Assembly (NCBI GenBank): GCA_046293555.1
Contig: JBKBOT010000009.1
Coordinates: 1-21,888 of the forward strand
DNA: 21,888 nucleotides
Origin: Pyrobaculum sp.
Lineage (GTDB): Archaea > Thermoproteota > Thermoprotei > Thermoproteales > Thermoproteaceae
Direction: 5' to 3'
In this document: positions 16,540 through 21,888 of the stretch, piece after piece
How the letters are laid out: each line of letters begins with the position of its first letter
How positions within the stretch are numbered: position 1 is the stretch's first letter
Position numbers and translations under genes: made by a program
Notes under the pieces: generated by a model
What the model saw: only the letters and a program-made list of their open reading frames with translations
Database searches by the model: none
What the model was told of the DNA's origin: nothing

Positions 16540-17265
16540 GTGTCCGAAATTTTAAGAATAGAAAAGCTAGAAGCTGGCTACGGCAAATTTCACGTCCTCT
16601 TTGGTGTAGAGCTGGCGGTAAATGCAGGAGATATTGTAGTACTGTTAGGGCCTAACGGAGCGGGGAAATCCACATTGCTAAACAGCATAGTGGGCATGGC
16701 GGATATATATAGCGGGCGTGTATTACTTAATGGGCTTGATATCACGGGCAAGCCGCCTCACGAGGTCATGAAGCTAGGTGTCGCATATGTCATGCAGTCT
16801 CCCAACAATTTCGGCACTCCTAACATATTTGGCGAACTTACGGTATATGAAAACCTACTGGCGGCATCAGCCGGCGTCCCAAAAAGAGAGGCCATAGAGA
16901 GAATTAGAAAAGTTTACGAAATATTTCCAAAACTTAGAGAGCTTGGCGATAGAAAAGGCAAGTTCCTCTCTGGAGGCGAAAGACAGATGCTTGCCATAGG
17001 CATAGGGCTTATGAAAAAACCAAAACTACTCATGCTTGACGAGCCAACGGCAGGACTTGCGCCAAAGCTTGTAAGCGACTTTTTCAAAACCATAAGGGCC
17101 ATCAGAGATCTGGGGATCTCCATACTGTTGGTAGAACAAAACGCTAAAAAGGCTCTTGAAATTGGCGACAAGGCCTATGTGTTAGTTACAGGCAGGATAA
17201 AATATAGTGGTGACGCCAAAGAGCTTACCGAGGATAGACTGGCCTCGATATTTTTGGGGCAGTGA
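16540..17265 (+). CDS. livF: ABC transporter ATP-binding protein, LivF type
   Basis: Motifs GPNGAGKST, LSGGERQMLA, LMLDEPTAGLAP and LLVEQN. Start set at GTG 16540. Confidence 0.9.
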   Translation: MSEILRIEKLEAGYGKFHVLFGVELAVNAGDIVVLLGPNGAGKSTLLNSIVGMADIYSGRVLLNGLDITGKPPHEVMKLGVAYVMQSPNNFGTPNIFGELTVYENLLAASAGVPKREAIERIRKVYEIFPKLRELGDRKGKFLSGGERQMLAIGIGLMKKPKLLMLDEPTAGLAPKLVSDFFKTIRAIRDLGISILLVEQNAKKALEIGDKAYVLVTGRIKYSGDAKELTEDRLASIFLGQ

Positions 17266-17465
17266 TAGAATTTCCAAAAGGCGCCAAATATAGGGTATAC
17301 AAAACTAGAAACTACACTATATACTACGTAGTTGGAGAAGTAGAGATAAAAAATGTCAGCAGGAAGATGATAAAGGGAGGCCACGAATTTCTATATGTCG
17401 AAAACACGATTGTGGTGAGGCCGGTTAAACAGATTTCTCCAACTCGAGAAGTTCCCTCAAGCTAA
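17262..17465 (+). CDS. Small hypothetical protein
   Basis: 67-aa ORF with a GTGA overlap onto the livF stop; beta-strand-like composition. Confidence 0.55.
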   Translation: MIEFPKGAKYRVYKTRNYTIYYVVGEVEIKNVSRKMIKGGHEFLYVENTIVVRPVKQISPTREVPSS

Positions 17466-17754
17466 TACGTACAGTCCACCCGTCTGGAAGCTCCCTCACA
17501 ATTATAAAATCTAACATGCCCTGTCTTATCTCTTCTAGCGCTATAAGCACGGGGTCTGTGGTCCCAAGTTGTTGAATGTCGACAAGAGGCTGGGCCCCCA
17601 TGGCCAGTTGGGTGGCGCGGGCGCCCACCACACGCGCTATTTCGTATTTAGAAAGCCTGGGGGGGTACAACTCCCTTTTTATCAACGCCTTTTCTAACAG
17701 TTCAACCAGTTTAGAAATACGTTCAGAAAGTTCGATAGACGTAAGGCTTTTCAT
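17425..17754 (-). CDS. rpoK: DNA-directed RNA polymerase subunit K (Rpo6)
   Basis: Motif RLSKYEIARVVGARATQLAMGA...DPVLIALEEI...IVRELPDG. Start set at ATG 17754. Confidence 0.95.
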   Translation of the reverse strand: MKSLTSIELSERISKLVELLEKALIKRELYPPRLSKYEIARVVGARATQLAMGAQPLVDIQQLGTTDPVLIALEEIRQGMLDFIIVRELPDGWTVRISLRELLELEKSV

Positions 17755-17795
17755 AAGCCCCAATAAAAATATTTATTTATATTTTAAAAAAGGGG

Positions 17796-19457
17796 TTAAT
17801 CAAACTTAGTCTCGCTCTTTTCCTCTCCTTCTTTCTCCTCCTTTTTCCCTTTCTTTTCTTCCTTCTTGGGCGCGCCGGCGGCAATTATGTCGTCAATACG
17901 TAGCAACATTATGGCTGCCTCTACTGCGGATTTGATGATCTGTTTCTTTACTAGCAATGGGTCCCACACATTTAAGGCGGCCATGTCGCTGACTCTCCCG
18001 CCGTGGACATCTACTCCGGTCACATTCTCGCCGTTGTCATGTCTCCTCCTTAGTTCTGCAATGGCGTCTACAGGATCTAGGCCTGCAGTCAGCGCCAATA
18101 TGGTGGGCACGTGCTCTAGGGCGTCTGCAAACTTCAGGGCGGCTAGCTGTTCTTTACCAGACAGCTTTCTGGCGAACTCTCTGACTCTTCTCGCCACTTC
18201 TATCTCAAACGCCCCGCCGCCAGGCACTATCTTAGGCTCGCGGAACAAATCTCTGGCAACATGTAGGGCGTCCTGTAGTGAGCGTTCTACCTCGTCTAAG
18301 ATGCGGTCGCTGCCCCCTCTTACCAATATCGTGACGGCCCTCGGGTTTGGGATCTCCTCTACAAATACCATCTTCTCCTCGCCAACTTTTCTCTCCTCTA
18401 CGACGCCAGCCTGACCTAAATCCTCCGGTTTGGCGTCTTTAACGCTACTGATAATCTTAGCGCCTGTGGCTCTAGCTAGTTTCTCAATGTCGCTACGTTT
18501 TACCCTTCTAATGGCCATAATCCCCCTCTTGGCGAGGAAGTGTTGAGCCACCTCGTCGATGCCTTTTTGTGTTATCACCACGTTGGCGCCAATGGCCGCC
18601 AGGTGGTCTACATAAGATTTGAGTATTTGTGCCTCCTCGTCTAGAAAGGCCTTGATCTGATTGGGCGAGGTGACAGAGATCTTTGTAGTCCATTCGGGCT
18701 TTTCGATCTCAAGCGGGGCGTCTAAAATGGCGATTTTTGCGCCAGCCACACGTTTGGGCATGCCGGGGTGCACCACCTCTTTGTCTAACACAACGCCTCT
18801 GATTAATTGCGTCTCGTAGATAGACTTGCCCTTCTTTTTCTCAATTTTAACCCAGTCTAGGTCTAGATAGGGCTTGCCGTCTCGCGTCTCTACAGCTTGT
18901 AAAGCCGCCTCTACCACAAGATTTGCCAAGTAGTCTCTTGTCTCGGCAACTACCTTGCTAGACAGGGCGCTTGACACCACTTTTAACAGCTGTTCTTTAG
19001 TGAGGTCAATAGGTCTTGCTATCTCCTCGGCGACTTTAAGGGCGTGTTCACTTGCCTTCTTGTAGCCATCGATAACAATAGTGGGGTGTATGCCCTCCTC
19101 TAGTAGCTCCTCTCCAAGTTCTAACAGCTTGCCCGCAAGTACAACCACAGTGGTGGTGCCATCGCCCACCTCTGCGTCTTGCGCCTTGGCCACCTCAATA
19201 AGGAGCTTGGCGGCCGGGTGTTGTACCTCCATCTCCTTCAGGATAGTGGCGCCGTCGCCCGTGATGGTGACGTCTCCAAACGCGTCTATTAACATTTTGT
19301 CCATACCTCTCGGCCCTAGGGAGGTGGCTAATATCTCGGCGATGACTTTAGCTGCCTGGATGTTAGACCTCCTGGCGTCTACCCCAGTGGTCCTCTGGGA
19401 CCCCTCCTTTAATATCATTACGGGCACCCCAGTCCTAGGAGCTTGTGCTTGTGACAT
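17796..19457 (-). CDS. Thermosome (group II chaperonin) subunit
   Basis: Motifs SLGPRGMDKML, DGATILKEM, GDGTTT, LDKEVVHPGMPK and IVPGGGA. Start at ATG 19457. Alpha versus beta subunit not resolved. Confidence 0.97.
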   Translation of the reverse strand: MSQAQAPRTGVPVMILKEGSQRTTGVDARRSNIQAAKVIAEILATSLGPRGMDKMLIDAFGDVTITGDGATILKEMEVQHPAAKLLIEVAKAQDAEVGDGTTTVVVLAGKLLELGEELLEEGIHPTIVIDGYKKASEHALKVAEEIARPIDLTKEQLLKVVSSALSSKVVAETRDYLANLVVEAALQAVETRDGKPYLDLDWVKIEKKKGKSIYETQLIRGVVLDKEVVHPGMPKRVAGAKIAILDAPLEIEKPEWTTKISVTSPNQIKAFLDEEAQILKSYVDHLAAIGANVVITQKGIDEVAQHFLAKRGIMAIRRVKRSDIEKLARATGAKIISSVKDAKPEDLGQAGVVEERKVGEEKMVFVEEIPNPRAVTILVRGGSDRILDEVERSLQDALHVARDLFREPKIVPGGGAFEIEVARRVREFARKLSGKEQLAALKFADALEHVPTILALTAGLDPVDAIAELRRRHDNGENVTGVDVHGGRVSDMAALNVWDPLLVKKQIIKSAVEAAIMLLRIDDIIAAGAPKKEEKKGKKEEKEGEEKSETKFD

Positions 19458-19475
19458 GGCTTTACAAAATTCGTG

Positions 19476-19485
19476 TATATAAAAA
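19476..19485 (-). promoter_or_regulatory. TATA box of the thermosome gene
   Basis: TTTTTATATA, 19-28 nt upstream of ATG 19457. Confidence 0.7.
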
Positions 19486-19495
19486 CATTTCGTGG

Positions 19496-20392
19496 CTAGT
19501 TGCGGCCAGAGAGAGATAGCAGAAGCCGCCACTTGGCCTCCACCTCCTCTTCAAGTAATTTAGCTTCTTCTTCAGTTATGTGTGCAAACCTCCCCTGTAG
19601 TTTTAAATACTCGCCCAACGGCTTTCTCTTGGATTTGTCCGTATATATAGTGCTCGGCGGGTTTAACCTCACCACGCCGTTGTCATATTCCCAAAGTATC
19701 CACACGCCAGTCTCTACGGCTAACTTAGCCACCTCAACGGTTTTGGAGGGGTCAAAACGCCAGCCAGGCGGACAGGGCGCATATAGATGTATAAACTTAA
19801 ACCCCTCTATCTCTGCCGCCCTCTTGAGTTTTCTGTAGAGGTCTTGAGGGTAGGCAATGTTGGCTGTAGCCACATAGGGAACCCCGTGTGCCATCATGAG
19901 TAAAGCCACGTCTTTTTTCCTCTCGCGTTTTCCTACAGGCGTTGTGGCCGTCCAGGCGGCGCGTGGGGTAGAGCCACTGCGCTGTATGCCGGTATTCATA
20001 TATGCCTCGTTGTCATACATGATGTAGATAATATCGCTGTTTCTCTCCGCAGCGCCGCTCACTGTGGCGAGACCTATGTCTGCAGTGCCGCCATCTCCAG
20101 CCCACACCACCGCATGTCCCCTCACGCCCAGGGTCTTAAATGCCTCTGAGATGCCCGTAGCCACAGCTGCAGCTGAGGCAAAAGGCACGTTTAATATCGG
20201 CATAGCTACGCCAGATTTGGGAGAAAGCCCTTGTACCACAGAGGCGCAGCTAGCCGGTATTGTCAACACCGCCGCTTCTCCAAGCGCCATCCCCAAGACC
20301 TTTAGCCCTATCATCATGCCGCATCCCGCACACGCCGCATTTCCCGGCATCACGTATTTCTTCTTGGGTAGTTGATCCAGGCGGAAGCTCAT
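19496..20392 (-). CDS. porB: Pyruvate/2-oxoacid:ferredoxin oxidoreductase beta subunit
   Basis: CAGC, TPP-binding GDGG...DNEAYMNTGIQ and PCPPGW. Confidence 0.93.
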   Translation of the reverse strand: MSFRLDQLPKKKYVMPGNAACAGCGMMIGLKVLGMALGEAAVLTIPASCASVVQGLSPKSGVAMPILNVPFASAAAVATGISEAFKTLGVRGHAVVWAGDGGTADIGLATVSGAAERNSDIIYIMYDNEAYMNTGIQRSGSTPRAAWTATTPVGKRERKKDVALLMMAHGVPYVATANIAYPQDLYRKLKRAAEIEGFKFIHLYAPCPPGWRFDPSKTVEVAKLAVETGVWILWEYDNGVVRLNPPSTIYTDKSKRKPLGEYLKLQGRFAHITEEEAKLLEEEVEAKWRLLLSLSGRN

Positions 20393-21540
20393 ATCACAAA
20401 CTCCACCTCTCCATATCTGCCATATATGGCGTTTTGTGTAGTCTCGTAGAAGTTACTACTGTCGAAATCCACGCCGGCGATGCCCGCCACAATGTTTATC
20501 ACCCTGGCTTTAGATAGTACAGATCTTATCTCCACGCCGAGCACGCCGCCTGCAGGCGTGATATCTCTATCGTATATAATTACCACCTCGTATTGATCCA
20601 GCCTTCTTATTTGTTCCACCGGGAGGGGCCTTATAAACCTCAGCCTCATGAGGCCTATGGGGACACCCTTGGCTCTAAGCGAGTTTACAGCCTCTTTGGC
20701 GTCACTACACCACGCGCCGGTACATACAGCCAGATACTTGGCGTCGTCGGCTTTATACCACTCCACAAGACCTCCATAGCTGCGACCAAACAGCTTTCCG
20801 TATTCCTGATCTATTTGGCTAATTACTTTTTTCGCCTCTTGATGTGCGTTATAAACCGCCACCTTATGTCTTGCATGTAGTCTGTTTTCAGAGGGGAGGT
20901 TTCCAAAGACAATGGGGTTACCCGGGCGGAAAGCTATGGGGAGCTCGGGGTTGCGGGGCGGTAGGAACTTATCCACAAGCTCCTGTTGGGGGATCTCTAT
21001 AGGCTCTGTGGAGTGACTTAAGATAAAGCCGTCGATACCTACCGCCACGGGGAGGGCCACAGATTCGGCAATTTTAAACGCCTGTAGAGTTAAATCAAAG
21101 GCCTCCTGCACGGTTTCAGCCATGGCTATAACCCACCCGCTGTCTCTTAACGTCAAGATGTCGTTATGTTCCACATGGATATTCCACGGCGGGCCTATAG
21201 TCCGCGTTACTACAGCCATCACCACAGGCGCCCTGCTTAACGCAGTCCACCAAGCCGCTTCATACATATACAAAAGCCCATGTGAGGATGTGGCAGTAAA
21301 CACCCGGGCTCCCGCCATGGCGGCCCCATAGACTACAGACATGGCCGAGAATTCAGACTCCACGTTGACAAACCTGGCGTCTAGCTCCCCCCTCTCTACA
21401 AATTCCGAAAGTTTTTCCACAATTGACGTCTGGGGGGTTATGGGGTATGCAGATATGACATGCGGCCTCGCCATCTTGACCGCATGGGCCACCGCGTAGT
21501 TTCCAGTCAACGCGGTTTTCTGCACCGCCAGAGCCTTCAT
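20389..21540 (-). CDS. porA: Pyruvate/2-oxoacid:ferredoxin oxidoreductase alpha subunit
   Basis: Motifs GNYAVA, AYPITPQT, VESEFSA, FTATSSHGL and DGFILSH; ATGA overlaps with both neighbours. Confidence 0.93.
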   Translation of the reverse strand: MKALAVQKTALTGNYAVAHAVKMARPHVISAYPITPQTSIVEKLSEFVERGELDARFVNVESEFSAMSVVYGAAMAGARVFTATSSHGLLYMYEAAWWTALSRAPVVMAVVTRTIGPPWNIHVEHNDILTLRDSGWVIAMAETVQEAFDLTLQAFKIAESVALPVAVGIDGFILSHSTEPIEIPQQELVDKFLPPRNPELPIAFRPGNPIVFGNLPSENRLHARHKVAVYNAHQEAKKVISQIDQEYGKLFGRSYGGLVEWYKADDAKYLAVCTGAWCSDAKEAVNSLRAKGVPIGLMRLRFIRPLPVEQIRRLDQYEVVIIYDRDITPAGGVLGVEIRSVLSKARVINIVAGIAGVDFDSSNFYETTQNAIYGRYGEVEFVI

Positions 21541-21788
21541 GACCCCCCCTCAGGCGCCATCTCGACGGCTTTTACTGGGCAGACATCTACACATATCCCA
21601 CAGCCCTTACAGAAGGCGTAATCTATCTGTACCTTCCTCCCCTTCTCCCACTCTATCACAGAGTCTGGACAGTATAGCCAACAGATCCCACAGTCTATAC
21701 ACTTCTGGAGATTTACCACCGGCCTATATGTACGCCAGGTTCCAGTAATCCCCGCAGAGGCCAAGGCGGGGGTGGAGATGGGCAACAC
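21537..21788 (-). CDS. porD: Pyruvate/2-oxoacid:ferredoxin oxidoreductase delta (2x[4Fe-4S]) subunit
   Basis: TGTWRTYRP followed by CIDCGICWLYCP and CKGCGICVDVCP. Confidence 0.93.
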   Translation of the reverse strand: MLPISTPALASAGITGTWRTYRPVVNLQKCIDCGICWLYCPDSVIEWEKGRKVQIDYAFCKGCGICVDVCPVKAVEMAPEGGS

Positions 21789-21888
21789 GTCCTATACCCG
21801 TTACCCATTTATATGCTTTATATTTATATATAGAATATAGAAGATTGAGAAAATAAATAAAAGTAGAAAGTCGTACATTAATAGAAAA

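Noticed and set aside
17808-17870. Low-complexity pyrimidine tract
   Set aside because: It simply encodes the K/E-rich C-terminal tail of the thermosome subunit.
1-21888. CRISPR array, transposase, defence system or intein
   Set aside because: No regularly spaced repeats or relevant motifs were seen, and the recognised proteins have roughly normal lengths. The rest of nrdJ is outside the window and could not be assessed for inteins.

Overview
Gene-dense archaeal chromosomal segment, most likely Pyrobaculum or a close Thermoproteales relative. This is inferred from TATA boxes ~20-30 nt upstream of start codons (leaderless genes), overlapping convergent genes, a multi-intron tRNA, and archaeal-type thermosome, RpoK and uL14. 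It is mostly housekeeping. Left to right: the 5' part of a class II ribonucleotide reductase (not in the ORF track), two thioredoxin-fold genes, a metallophosphoesterase, a COG2403 P-loop ligase (cDPG synthetase/arginine synthetase-like), a stand-alone B3/B4 editing-domain protein, ahcY, two small hypothetical genes, rpl14, a DUF362-like gene, truD, an endonuclease IV-RqcH-Mut7-C operon, pyrD-pyrE-pyrI, tRNA-Leu(TAA), tRNA-Gly(CCC) with two introns, a LivK/LivF-type ABC pair, rpoK, a thermosome subunit and 2-oxoacid:ferredoxin oxidoreductase beta/alpha/delta. Reading the junctions by eye gave two candidate C/D box guide sRNAs. One appears to have a mismatch exactly at its predicted 16S decoding-centre methylation target. 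No mobile element, CRISPR array or defence island was seen. All 'novel system' ideas below are gene-neighbourhood hypotheses, not established results.
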